58,008 nucleotides of DNA, taken from a virus (lineage: Duplodnaviria; Caudoviricetes). The notes beneath the pieces were generated by a model. The model did no database searches and was not told the origin of the DNA. It was given only the letters and a program-made list of their open reading frames with translations. The stretch is taken from positions 1-58,008 of the IMG/VR virus record IMGVR_UViG_3300020432_000001; one strand, given 5' to 3'. Shown here one piece after another: positions 35,021 to 44,674 of this stretch (position 1 is its first letter; each line of letters begins with the position of its first letter). Made by a program: the position numbers and the translations under genes.

Positions 35021-36169
35021 ATGACTAACTTATTAGCTGTTCGCGCCACAGGAGGTCCGGCAGGTCCAGCGCGAGCATCAAATGCTAACGTCTCACAAAG
35101 AGAAGACTTAGCTGATTTTATAACAATGATTACTAGAGATGAGACTCCGTTCACATCAGACATTGGTAAATCATCAGCATCCGCTATTTATCATGAATGG
35201 CAGACAGACACACTCGAAGCTCCAGGTAATTCAAGAATTCCTGAAGGTCAAGACTTTTTAGCTCCAGCTTCTGGCGGTGCTTCTGCAACACCTACTGTTG
35301 GTAATAAGTTTGCAGAGTCAGGTCCTCAAAGAACCAGACTAGGTAACTACACACAGATTAATGGTAAAACTATTGCTGTGTCAGGAACAAGACGAGCTGT
35401 TGATCAAGCGGGTGTTGCAGACGAGTATGCATACCAACTTAAGAAGCGTGGTACAGAACTACGAAGAGATGTTGAATTTGATATGATTCACTCTTATAAT
35501 GTATCTGCTGCTGTTGGCGCACAGAACGGTGATGCAAGATCTGCAGGTGGTTATCAATCATTTATTCAATCAACTGACACTTGTGTTTATTTAGGAGAGT
35601 GGGCATCACCTGCGGCTGGTGTTGCAACTCTAAATGCAGGTACTACTGCAATTAGATCCTCATTAAGTAACACTAACGTTCCAGCTGTAGGATCTTTAGC
35701 TCTTACTGATATTGATTCTGTTATGCAGAAAATTTATGAGCAAGGTGGTAAAGCTACTAAAGTAATGGTTTCACCAAAACTACGAAGAGACTTTTCTGAT
35801 CTTATGGTTAGTGATACTGGTGTAGTTAGAAATATTGATGCAGGCGGTCAATTAAGACAATCTGTTGATGTGTATATGTCAGACTTCGGTGAGATTATGG
35901 TTATGCCTAATTATATCATGGGTCTATCAAATACTGTGCAATTCAAAAACTCTGCAGGTTCACCAGCAAATATTTCTGCGGTAACTCAAGTTGCAGATTT
36001 TGCAGCATTGATTTATGATCCAATGTGGTTTGCTACAGCTTACCTAAGAAACCTACAAGAGGTTGACGTAGGTCAGCAAGGTGACTCAACCAAAGGTATG
36101 ATGGTTGAAGAATGTACTCTTGAAGTACGTAATCCATTAGGTTGTGGAGCAATCTACGGACTTAACTAA
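35021..36169 (+). CDS. Major capsid protein (HK97 fold, DUF5309-like)
   Basis: REDLADFI..ETPF, HEWQTDTL, RLGNYTQI, ELRRDVE, YMSDFG and ECTLEVRN. Confidence 0.92.
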   Translation: MTNLLAVRATGGPAGPARASNANVSQREDLADFITMITRDETPFTSDIGKSSASAIYHEWQTDTLEAPGNSRIPEGQDFLAPASGGASATPTVGNKFAESGPQRTRLGNYTQINGKTIAVSGTRRAVDQAGVADEYAYQLKKRGTELRRDVEFDMIHSYNVSAAVGAQNGDARSAGGYQSFIQSTDTCVYLGEWASPAAGVATLNAGTTAIRSSLSNTNVPAVGSLALTDIDSVMQKIYEQGGKATKVMVSPKLRRDFSDLMVSDTGVVRNIDAGGQLRQSVDVYMSDFGEIMVMPNYIMGLSNTVQFKNSAGSPANISAVTQVADFAALIYDPMWFATAYLRNLQEVDVGQQGDSTKGMMVEECTLEVRNPLGCGAIYGLN

Positions 36170-36176
36170 AACTTTT

Positions 36177-36206
36177 AGGAGAGGCTTTAATTAGTCTCTC
36201 CTTTTT
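36177..36206 (+). terminator. Intrinsic terminator after MCP
   Basis: aggagaggct-ttaatt-agtctctcct-tttt. Confidence 0.85.
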
Positions 36207-36220
36207 ATTGGAGAATAAAT

Positions 36221-36430
36221 ATGACAAAAAAGGGCGGAACAGTAGGTCCTATTTGTCCACCAGGACAAATGTATGATCCACTTGCAGGTAAGTGTATGCC
36301 AAAACCAAATGCACCTGAAGGTTACTTTCCAAAGAAAAAGAAAAAGTTATTTAAGGGAGCAGGAAAAGAAATTATGCAGCCTGCTAAAAGATATAAAGAA
36401 GGCGGTTACGTTATTACAGGGAGAGATTAA
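36221..36430 (+). CDS. Small basic protein
   Basis: 69 aa; CPPGQMYDPLAGKC and YKEGG motifs. Confidence 0.65.
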   Translation: MTKKGGTVGPICPPGQMYDPLAGKCMPKPNAPEGYFPKKKKKLFKGAGKEIMQPAKRYKEGGYVITGRD

Positions 36431-36786
36431 TGGACTATTCTAAAGTTAGTAAGAAAAGTCAGAAGAGAGGTTTACAAGTAATTAATAATAGACCTTTAAA
36501 AAAGAAAAAAAGTTTAAGTGAGATAAAAAAGTTTATTCAAGATCAAATGCCGCCAGGTACAGCTTCTTATAGAAAGAGTGATTATGACGACGGTAAGAGA
36601 GTAGTCAATACTTCTAAGGGTCCAATTATAACTAATTTAAAAACTAAAGACAAAGCTACTTATAAAGCTATGGGTGGTGTGGCTAAGTACTACAAAGGTG
36701 GTGGTGAGGTATTAACTGGTCGCCAACATAATTTACCAGATCATTTAAAAAAGAAAATAATAGCTGCTAAGAAAAAGAAAAACTAA
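36430..36786 (+). CDS. Lys-rich small protein
   Basis: 118 aa; YKAMGG and YYKGGG motifs. Confidence 0.65.
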   Translation: MDYSKVSKKSQKRGLQVINNRPLKKKKSLSEIKKFIQDQMPPGTASYRKSDYDDGKRVVNTSKGPIITNLKTKDKATYKAMGGVAKYYKGGGEVLTGRQHNLPDHLKKKIIAAKKKKN

Positions 36787-36806
36787 TTAACATAACGGAG
36801 GGAACT

Positions 36807-37040
36807 ATGTACGTTATTAAAACAAATGCAGGAAATATATACCCAGTAGAAAAGTGTGTATACAGAATAGGCGCAGCTACAGGTGGAGGATATAAGTTAA
36901 CACATTTAGATCTTATAAATGTAAGTAGTACACCAGCACCAGCTTTACAAGCATCGCTTACAGCAGCAACAGCTGGAGATTTATTAGGTTACATTGGTAA
37001 GTCAGGTAGGTTTATAGCTATTACAGAACCGGCTACTTAA
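36807..37040 (+). CDS. Hypothetical virion protein
   Basis: 77 aa with a GGAGG SD. Confidence 0.65.
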   Translation: MYVIKTNAGNIYPVEKCVYRIGAATGGGYKLTHLDLINVSSTPAPALQASLTAATAGDLLGYIGKSGRFIAITEPAT

Positions 37041-37052
37041 TAGGAGAAGAGG

Positions 37053-37397
37053 ATGGCAAAAGAAAATGAATTTACATTTGGTAGTGCTACAGTAAATCCA
37101 AAGCAAGGTATTAAAGCAGGCTTTGATTTATCTTCTGGAGATTGGGAAGCTAAGCAAGATATTAGTCAATACTTAAATAACGCTAAGCTGGATAGAGATA
37201 GAGAGGCTTATTTCGGAAAACAAAATAAAAGTGGTTTTAGAAAAATGGCCACTATACCAGATATTGTAGCTATTAAAATTAATGAAGATCATGGAATAAA
37301 TTTACACGATGGTACGTTTATGCATGATAGAGATAAAATGAAAAAGTTAAAGTATATATTACAAACGGAATATAAACATTTGCTTGTAAATACTTAG
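37053..37397 (+). CDS. Conserved podovirus hypothetical protein
   Basis: 114 aa; RKMATIPDIV motif, a type often found downstream of MCP. Confidence 0.7.
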   Translation: MAKENEFTFGSATVNPKQGIKAGFDLSSGDWEAKQDISQYLNNAKLDRDREAYFGKQNKSGFRKMATIPDIVAIKINEDHGINLHDGTFMHDRDKMKKLKYILQTEYKHLLVNT

Positions 37398-37407
37398 GGA
37401 GAATAGT

Positions 37408-38289
37408 ATGAGTACGCCTAAATTTGACGCTTTAAGAACTATAATTAGAGACTGGTCTAATAGGCAAGATGAAAGCGTTTTACCTAATGACAGAATACAA
37501 GAAGCTATGAAGTATGCCGCTGATAAAGCCTATAGAAAGCTTAGAGTAGCGGCATTAGAAAATACTATAACATATAACTCCACAGCTTTAACTGCGGCTA
37601 CTACAGCGGCTAATACTTTTTTACCAAGTCAAACCGATTTAACTTTACCAACAGACTTAATAGAATTTATACAAATAAGAGAAATTGATTCAGCTGGTAG
37701 AACATGTAGAGTATTTAATGAAAAAACAGATTTAAGAACATTTAATGATTGGTCATCTATTAAAACTAGTTATATAGGTTATTTTTCAAGACAAGGTAAT
37801 ACTTTGTTATTAGCACCAGGATTTGGTCAAGCTAATAGTATAAGTACTGCAGACAAAGTTGAATTACATTATTATAGAAGACTACCTGCATTAAATGCAT
37901 TATATGATGTAACACCAGCTAACTATGCTGCGGGATTTTTAACACAAGATAATACAGCTGCTGTAAGTCTTTTCTTTGTTAATAATGATACTAGTACAGC
38001 TTATGCTACACAGTCAGAAGCAACAGCAGCAGATACTGGAGGTGTAGGAACAAATAATGCTAAGTACAGAGGTAATGAAGCGGCTAATTGGTTACGAGAT
38101 GAAAATGAAAGAGTTATTATGATGGGTGCTTTAGCAGAAATATTTTATTATTTGCAAGATGATGATCAAGCTATAAAATATAAAAAGTTATTTGAAGAGG
38201 AAATATTTGAATTAAATGATGAGGATACTAAACGTAATGCGGCGGGAGGAAACGTGCAAGTAAACTTTAATGGAAGAGGGTTAATCTAA
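37408..38289 (+). CDS. Head-tail adaptor / tail tubular protein A-like
   Basis: 293 aa; LPTDLIE..LLLAP..ELHYYRRLPAL..NWL..GALAE pattern; first gene of the tail module. Confidence 0.7.
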   Translation: MSTPKFDALRTIIRDWSNRQDESVLPNDRIQEAMKYAADKAYRKLRVAALENTITYNSTALTAATTAANTFLPSQTDLTLPTDLIEFIQIREIDSAGRTCRVFNEKTDLRTFNDWSSIKTSYIGYFSRQGNTLLLAPGFGQANSISTADKVELHYYRRLPALNALYDVTPANYAAGFLTQDNTAAVSLFFVNNDTSTAYATQSEATAADTGGVGTNNAKYRGNEAANWLRDENERVIMMGALAEIFYYLQDDDQAIKYKKLFEEEIFELNDEDTKRNAAGGNVQVNFNGRGLI

Positions 38290-41200
38290 TGACAACACCA
38301 GCAGCACCAGATACAGTTAATTCAGTTGGAGCAACTGATGATGCCTCAAAAGGAGGATTGTTTAATAGTTTAAATAATACAACTCTTAATACACTTGAAC
38401 AAGCAATAGCAACTAGAGCTACTGCCGCAGCAACCTCAGCTACTAATGCAAAAACTAGTGAGACTAATGCCGCAGCTTCAGCTACGAGCGCAGCTAATAC
38501 TTTAGATGCATTTGATGATAGATATTTAGGAAATAAAACTAGTGACCCTACTGTTGATAATGATGGTAATGCATTATTAACTGGAGCTTTGTATTTTAAT
38601 ACTAATGATAATGTTATAAAAGCATATACAGGTTCAGCTTGGTCACGAATAAAACCAACAACTTCCCATCAAACTAGTATTGATGCAGTAAATACTGATC
38701 CATTTAAAACTAATATAAATAATGTATCAGGTAATGCAAATAATATAAATACAGTAGCTGGAGATACTGCAGAAATTAATGCTCTTAATGGAAGCGGAGT
38801 ACTTGCAAATATTGGTATAGTAGCTGGTCAAATATCTCCAACAAATAATATAGCAACTGTTGCTGGCGCTAATTCAAATATCTCGACTATAACTGCTGGT
38901 AGTGTAATAGCAGATATTGGTACTGTAGCTAATATAGATACTGCAGTTAGTAATGTATCTACTATATCTAATGCTGTAACTTCTGTTAATAATAATAAAA
39001 CAAATATAAATACAATAGCTACAGGACAAACAGGAGGAAATTCTAACCTCGCTAATTTAAATACAATTGCTACTGGTACAACCGGTGGTAATGCAAACTT
39101 AGCTCAAATAAATACAGTTGCTGTAAACACAAATAATATTAATACTGTTGCTCAGGCTGATTCAAATATAACTGCTCTTAATGGAAGTGGAGTAATAGGT
39201 AATATAGGGACTGTTGCTGGAATACATAGCGACGTTACAACAGTAGCTGGTATAGAAAGTGAAATACAAGCAGTAGCTGCAGATGCTACAGATATTGGTG
39301 CAGTAGCTGCAAAAGCTACAGAAATAGGAAGACTAGGTACAGCTGATGCAGTAGCAGATATGAATAAACTTGGTACTGATGCTATTGTAGAAGATATGGA
39401 TAAGCTTGGTACTGATGCTAATGTTATAGCTATGGGCCATTTAGGTAATACTACTGTTGTAGGTAATATGGCTACTTTAACAGCAGGTAATGTTTTATCT
39501 GAAATTTCAACAGTTGCAGGTGTAAGTTCCGATGTTACAAGTGTAGCTACTAATATATCAAATGTAAATACAGTCGCAGCAATCTTTGAAGGTACTGCCA
39601 CATATACTGTTACAGTAGTTAATTCAGGTGGTAATAAATTTGCTATTAATACAGGATCAGGATCTACAACAGCTCCAGCGCTAATACTTGTAAAAGGTTT
39701 TACTTATACATTTGATGTTAGTGATAATACTAATAGTGGACATCCACTTGCATTTTTAGATGCATCAGGAAATGCTTATACTACAGGTGTAACTGTAACT
39801 GGTACAGCCGGTCAAGCAGGTGCTAAAGTAGTTTTTACGGTACCTACTACAGGAACACAACCAGCTAGATATTATTGTACTGCTCATGGTAATGCTATGG
39901 GTAATACTATTACTACTGAAAGCAATGATATTGCAGAAGTGCTAGCTATATCTAATGAAATTACAACAGTTTCAGGAATAGATAGTGATGTAACAGCTGT
40001 AGCAGGTAAAGCAACTGAAATAGGTTTATTAGGTGTACCAGCTGTTATTACAGATATGGATATACTTGGTACAAACCCAAATGTAACTGCGATGGGTCAT
40101 CTTGGTACACCTGCTAATGTAACTAATATGGCTGCTTTAAATGGAAGTGGTGTTATAGCTAATATTGCAACAGTTGCTACAAATATAACTAATGTAAATA
40201 CTTTTGCTAATACTTATTTTATTGGTGGCTCTGCTCCTACAGGTGGTACAGTAGGTAGTGGTGATTTATGGTATGATACTAGTAGTACACAAATGAAAGT
40301 ACATAATGGTTCTTCGTTTGTAACTTTTATATCAACTTATGATACAGATAATTTATCTGAAGGTAGCTCAAACTTATATTATACAGATACTAGAGCTGAT
40401 GCTAGAATTACAAATGCTTTTAGTAATGCTGTAAGTTTAGGTAGTACCTTAGCTGTAGGTAGTAACTTAGTTGTTTCTGGAGGTAGTAATTTTACTGGAA
40501 ATATGTTTGCTTCTGGTACGTTAAATGTTAGTAGTAATTTTAATGTTAATACTAATAAATTTAATGTTGTTGCACCTACTGGAAATACATCAATAGCTGG
40601 TACTTTAGGTGTAGCTGGAACAACTACATTAAGTGGAACAACTACATTAAATAATGATGTAACTTTTACTGGTGATAACTATAACGTAGTATGGGATAAG
40701 TCACAAAATTCATTAGAGTTTAGTGATAGTGCCAGAGCTACATTTGGTACTGGTAGAGACTTTCAGCTTCAATTTAATGGAGCTAATGGTCTTATTGAAA
40801 ATTATACTGGTGATCTGTTCATATCAAATTTTTCTAATGACCAAGATATATTTATTCGTTCTGACAATGGTAATGGTGGTTTTACAACATATATAAAGGC
40901 TGAGGGTAGCACTGGTGAAACTCAATTATATTATTATGGCAGTGAAAAATTAGCAACTAAATCTGCTGGAGTAGATATAACTGGAATGTTAACAGTTGAT
41001 AGTTTACTTATTGATGGTGGCGTTATATTCACTGGCGCTAACTATAGTACTCAATGGGATAAAGCAAATAATGCTTTACACTTTACCGATAATGCTAAAG
41101 CTACATTTGGTAGTGGTTCTGATTTAAAAATAACTCATGATGCAAGTAATAGTATCATAGCAGATGAAGGCACTGGTAGTTTATTTGTTAGAGGTAGTGC

Positions 41201-41594
41201 AATAAGAATAGATGATCCTAATAGTGATGACTATATTGTTTGTACTCAAGATGGTTCAGTTGATATATATTATGATGGCATTAAAAAGTTTGAAACAACA
41301 AGTACTGGCTCAAAAGTTACTGGTGATTTAGAAACTACAGCAGACATAGAATTAGGTCATGCTTCTGACACCACAATATCAAGAACAAGTGCTGGGGTTG
41401 TAGCAATAGAAGGTAATACAATATTAACAACTGGTAACTCAAACACACCAACAACTACATCATCTTCTAGTGATGCCGATCATGTTTTAGTTAACGATAA
41501 TGGCACAATGAAAAAGATTACTCCTGCTAATTTAGGAGTAATTTCTAATGCAGCATCACAAGGTTTTGCAGTAGCAATGGCAATAGCATTATAG
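38289..41594 (+). CDS. Tail fibre protein with long imperfect repeats
   Basis: 1101 aa; FDDRYLG..DNDGNALLTGALYFN anchor region, many INTVA-type repeats, a YYCTAH domain, and C-terminal GFAVAMAIAL. Confidence 0.8.
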   Translation: MTTPAAPDTVNSVGATDDASKGGLFNSLNNTTLNTLEQAIATRATAAATSATNAKTSETNAAASATSAANTLDAFDDRYLGNKTSDPTVDNDGNALLTGALYFNTNDNVIKAYTGSAWSRIKPTTSHQTSIDAVNTDPFKTNINNVSGNANNINTVAGDTAEINALNGSGVLANIGIVAGQISPTNNIATVAGANSNISTITAGSVIADIGTVANIDTAVSNVSTISNAVTSVNNNKTNINTIATGQTGGNSNLANLNTIATGTTGGNANLAQINTVAVNTNNINTVAQADSNITALNGSGVIGNIGTVAGIHSDVTTVAGIESEIQAVAADATDIGAVAAKATEIGRLGTADAVADMNKLGTDAIVEDMDKLGTDANVIAMGHLGNTTVVGNMATLTAGNVLSEISTVAGVSSDVTSVATNISNVNTVAAIFEGTATYTVTVVNSGGNKFAINTGSGSTTAPALILVKGFTYTFDVSDNTNSGHPLAFLDASGNAYTTGVTVTGTAGQAGAKVVFTVPTTGTQPARYYCTAHGNAMGNTITTESNDIAEVLAISNEITTVSGIDSDVTAVAGKATEIGLLGVPAVITDMDILGTNPNVTAMGHLGTPANVTNMAALNGSGVIANIATVATNITNVNTFANTYFIGGSAPTGGTVGSGDLWYDTSSTQMKVHNGSSFVTFISTYDTDNLSEGSSNLYYTDTRADARITNAFSNAVSLGSTLAVGSNLVVSGGSNFTGNMFASGTLNVSSNFNVNTNKFNVVAPTGNTSIAGTLGVAGTTTLSGTTTLNNDVTFTGDNYNVVWDKSQNSLEFSDSARATFGTGRDFQLQFNGANGLIENYTGDLFISNFSNDQDIFIRSDNGNGGFTTYIKAEGSTGETQLYYYGSEKLATKSAGVDITGMLTVDSLLIDGGVIFTGANYSTQWDKANNALHFTDNAKATFGSGSDLKITHDASNSIIADEGTGSLFVRGSAIRIDDPNSDDYIVCTQDGSVDIYYDGIKKFETTSTGSKVTGDLETTADIELGHASDTTISRTSAGVVAIEGNTILTTGNSNTPTTTSSSSDADHVLVNDNGTMKKITPANLGVISNAASQGFAVAMAIAL

Positions 41595-41604
41595 GGAGAA
41601 AATA

Positions 41605-41952
41605 ATGGCACAGAATTTTAGACAATACAAAGAAAGAAACATAGGGACAACTGCTGTTGATATGCCTAATGGTTCTGATTTTGATAGCTTTGATTGTATC
41701 GTAGGAATACGATTAGCAAATACAAGTGCACAATCAATAACAGTAGATGTATATTTACAAACAAATCCTTCAGACGCTAATACAATTTATTATCTTATTA
41801 AAAATGCACCAATACCAAGTGGATCGTCACTTGAGCTTATAGATGGTGGTGCTAAAGTAGTTGCAGTAAGTGGAGATAGATTATATATTAAATCAAGTGT
41901 AGCAACTTCATTGGATGCTATTGTATCTGTTGTTGATGCTATCAGTACATAG
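41605..41952 (+). CDS. Tail-associated small protein
   Basis: 115 aa; YLIKNAPIPSGSSLE motif, typically following genes ending in AMAIAL. Confidence 0.65.
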   Translation: MAQNFRQYKERNIGTTAVDMPNGSDFDSFDCIVGIRLANTSAQSITVDVYLQTNPSDANTIYYLIKNAPIPSGSSLELIDGGAKVVAVSGDRLYIKSSVATSLDAIVSVVDAIST

Positions 41953-41961
41953 GAGGATTAA

Positions 41962-43278
41962 ATGGCATATATAGGAAAAGAACCTTTAGCAGGTAATTTT
42001 GTAAAGTTAGATGCTATAACTACTTCTGCTACAGCAACTTATCCATTAGAACGAAACAGTGTTGCATTTAAACCTGCAAATGCAGAATCATTATTAGTAA
42101 GTTTAAATGGTGTAACACAAGCTCCCTTAGATGCTTACACAGTAAATGATACTAATATTGTATTTGCAAGTCCATTAACTTCAAGTGATACTATAGATTA
42201 TATACTTGCTCTCGGTGAAATAGGAGCAGTAACAACTCCCGCTGATAGTACAGTAGATACTCCTAAATTAACTACAGGAGCAGTCACAGAACCTAAGCTT
42301 GCAACAGATTCTGTAACAACTATAAAGATTGCTGATGATGCAGTTACTGGAGCTAAGATAGAAAACAATCCTACAATAGCAGGTAACTTAACTGTAAGTG
42401 GTACAAGTGCATTAACAGGTGATGCAACAGTAAGCAGAAATGAAGCAAATGGAACTGTTAGATTAACTTTATCAAATACTGGTGTTAATGGTTCTACTGA
42501 ATATTCAGAGTTAAAATTAAATTCCACTGCTGGTGGAACACAAACTTCTGTAGTTCAACATAGAAATAATTATGGATTAAATATAGGAACAACAACAAAC
42601 CATGCAGTTTATTTACTACAAAATAATGCAACTGCTTTAACTATAGATACAAGTAAAAATGTAAAACTTCCAAATGATGCTGGTGATTTTACATTTACAA
42701 CCAATTCATTACATATAGGTGCTAGTGCAGATATTAAGATAGGTCATACAAATAATAACAATGTTATTCTGTCTGATAATGGTATGCCCTTTAATATCTA
42801 TACTGACGTATTTAGAGTTAATAGTGCTGATAACTCTGAAAATTTATTTGGTGCAGATAAAAATGATGCTTTCTTTGCTAAATTTGACAATGTAACAAAA
42901 CTTCAAACTTATTCTCAAGGTCTACAAGTAAATGGAAATATAAGAACTGGTAATTCTGGTGATAGGGCTATTATAGGACGAGCTCCCATTACAGGCACAA
43001 CAGTTAATAATGGTTCTACTACTACTGTTGCTGGTGTAAATGGTGTTTTACATAATATTGTAATTGTAAGTGATGGTGGTGGAAGTGGTGGATGTTTTGC
43101 AATGTCATATAATACTGGTGTAACTAAATTAGCTGGTTCTGGTAATTATACAAATTCTCAAAATACGTCTTCATCAACAAACATTTATAAATCTGGTAAT
43201 AGCCATGCTGTTACTCTGCAAAACAATACTGGTTCAGATAGAAGTTATTTTATATTAGTTTTAGCTTCTTACGATTAA
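41962..43278 (+). CDS. Tail fibre/spike protein
   Basis: MAYIGKEP..LLVSLNGVTQAP N-terminus, VTxxKI/L repeats and beta-rich C-terminus. Confidence 0.7.
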   Translation: MAYIGKEPLAGNFVKLDAITTSATATYPLERNSVAFKPANAESLLVSLNGVTQAPLDAYTVNDTNIVFASPLTSSDTIDYILALGEIGAVTTPADSTVDTPKLTTGAVTEPKLATDSVTTIKIADDAVTGAKIENNPTIAGNLTVSGTSALTGDATVSRNEANGTVRLTLSNTGVNGSTEYSELKLNSTAGGTQTSVVQHRNNYGLNIGTTTNHAVYLLQNNATALTIDTSKNVKLPNDAGDFTFTTNSLHIGASADIKIGHTNNNNVILSDNGMPFNIYTDVFRVNSADNSENLFGADKNDAFFAKFDNVTKLQTYSQGLQVNGNIRTGNSGDRAIIGRAPITGTTVNNGSTTTVAGVNGVLHNIVIVSDGGGSGGCFAMSYNTGVTKLAGSGNYTNSQNTSSSTNIYKSGNSHAVTLQNNTGSDRSYFILVLASYD

Positions 43279-43290
43279 GGGAAAAAAATT

Positions 43291-43578
43291 ATGACAATAA
43301 AAAAAATTACAATAGATAAATTTGAAAATGAAAAAGTTAACAATGATAATTTACCAGATGAAAATGGTACTTTAAAAAAGAAAGTAGGTTTTAAAGTAAT
43401 AAATGATAATGATAGTGTTTATATCATTGATAGATATTTAGATATTGTTGACGGAAAAACTGACGATGAATATTCAAAAGATGCTTATGATTTAGCAAAA
43501 AATGATATTGATAATTGGTTAAAGTCTTTAGAAAATATAGGTAAAACATTTAATTTAGATACTGGAAAGCTAGAGTAA
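43291..43578 (+). CDS. Hypothetical protein, possible fibre chaperone
   Basis: 95-aa acidic ORF after a fibre gene. Confidence 0.55.
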   Translation: MTIKKITIDKFENEKVNNDNLPDENGTLKKKVGFKVINDNDSVYIIDRYLDIVDGKTDDEYSKDAYDLAKNDIDNWLKSLENIGKTFNLDTGKLE

Positions 43579-43596
43579 ATTGTAGGAGAGTATATA

Positions 43597-44409
43597 ATGG
43601 CTATAACAAAAATAAAATCTTTAGGTATAACTGATGGAACTATAGCCGCAGGTAATATTGCAGATAATTCTATTACAAATGCAAAAATAAATGCAAGTGC
43701 TGCAATTGCTAAATCTAAATTAGCGGCATTAGATATTGTAAATGCAGATATTAATTCTAGCGCAGCTATAGCTAAAAGTAAATTAGGGGCTTTAGCTATT
43801 ACAAATTCGGATATAGATAATAGTGCATCAATAGCTCAAAGTAAAATGGCAGCTTTAACTGCTGCTAATCTTCCAGCAGGATATGGAACTGATTTAGTAG
43901 GCGTTATTATATCTTATCCAAAAGATACATTACCAACTGGGTTTTTAGCTTGTGATGGATCTGCAGTAAGTAGAACAACTTATGCAGATTTATTTGCTGT
44001 AGTAGGAACTACCTATGGAACTGGAAATGGTTCAAGTACATTTAATGTACCAGATTTAAGAGCAACATTTTTAAGAGGTGCTGGCGACCAGACTTATAGT
44101 TCTAAAGCATATTCTGGTGGAACTGCAGGAACTAAAAAAATACAATCACTTCAAAACTTTCAAGCAAGAACAAGACACACATATCATAACTATTATGCTT
44201 GGTCAGATATACCAGTAGGATTTTTTCACCCACATAGTAACTGGGGTGGTTCTACTACTGGAACACAATTAAGTTCAACTAGTAATGATGTTGGTTCTTT
44301 GTCATCAACATCAAGCAATAGAACTTATGGTAATTATGAAAATTCTGATGCTGCTAATAATGAAACTAGACCATTTGGTATGGCAGTTAAATTTTGTATT
44401 AAATATTAG
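43597..44409 (+). CDS. Tail-collar domain fibre protein
   Basis: LPTGFLACDGSAVSRTTYADLFAVVGTTYG.GNGSSTFNVPDLR..FLRG and ETRP...AVKFCIKY. Confidence 0.85.
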   Translation: MAITKIKSLGITDGTIAAGNIADNSITNAKINASAAIAKSKLAALDIVNADINSSAAIAKSKLGALAITNSDIDNSASIAQSKMAALTAANLPAGYGTDLVGVIISYPKDTLPTGFLACDGSAVSRTTYADLFAVVGTTYGTGNGSSTFNVPDLRATFLRGAGDQTYSSKAYSGGTAGTKKIQSLQNFQARTRHTYHNYYAWSDIPVGFFHPHSNWGGSTTGTQLSSTSNDVGSLSSTSSNRTYGNYENSDAANNETRPFGMAVKFCIKY

Positions 44410-44417
44410 AGGTAAAT

Positions 44418-44654
44418 ATGAGTAACGATAAAACAGTTTGGAACATAAATACTGGACATCCAGAGATAGTACATGAAAGCCCATTAGAAAAAGGGGTATG
44501 GCATATGCCTCCTGATGTTTGTGAAGTTGAACCACCAAAGTTTGATGATACTAAACAAAATTGTAAATATGATGGAGGTAAATGGGTAGTTACTGATTAT
44601 AACCCTCAACAAGATTATTTAGATAGTTTACCTAAAATAGATAATCCAGAATAA
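44418..44654 (+). CDS. Probable tail fibre assembly protein
   Basis: ESPLEKGVWHMP..EVEPP..KW pattern of Tfa-like chaperones. Confidence 0.55.
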   Translation: MSNDKTVWNINTGHPEIVHESPLEKGVWHMPPDVCEVEPPKFDDTKQNCKYDGGKWVVTDYNPQQDYLDSLPKIDNPE

Positions 44655-44674
44655 AATAAAACGGAGAATAAATA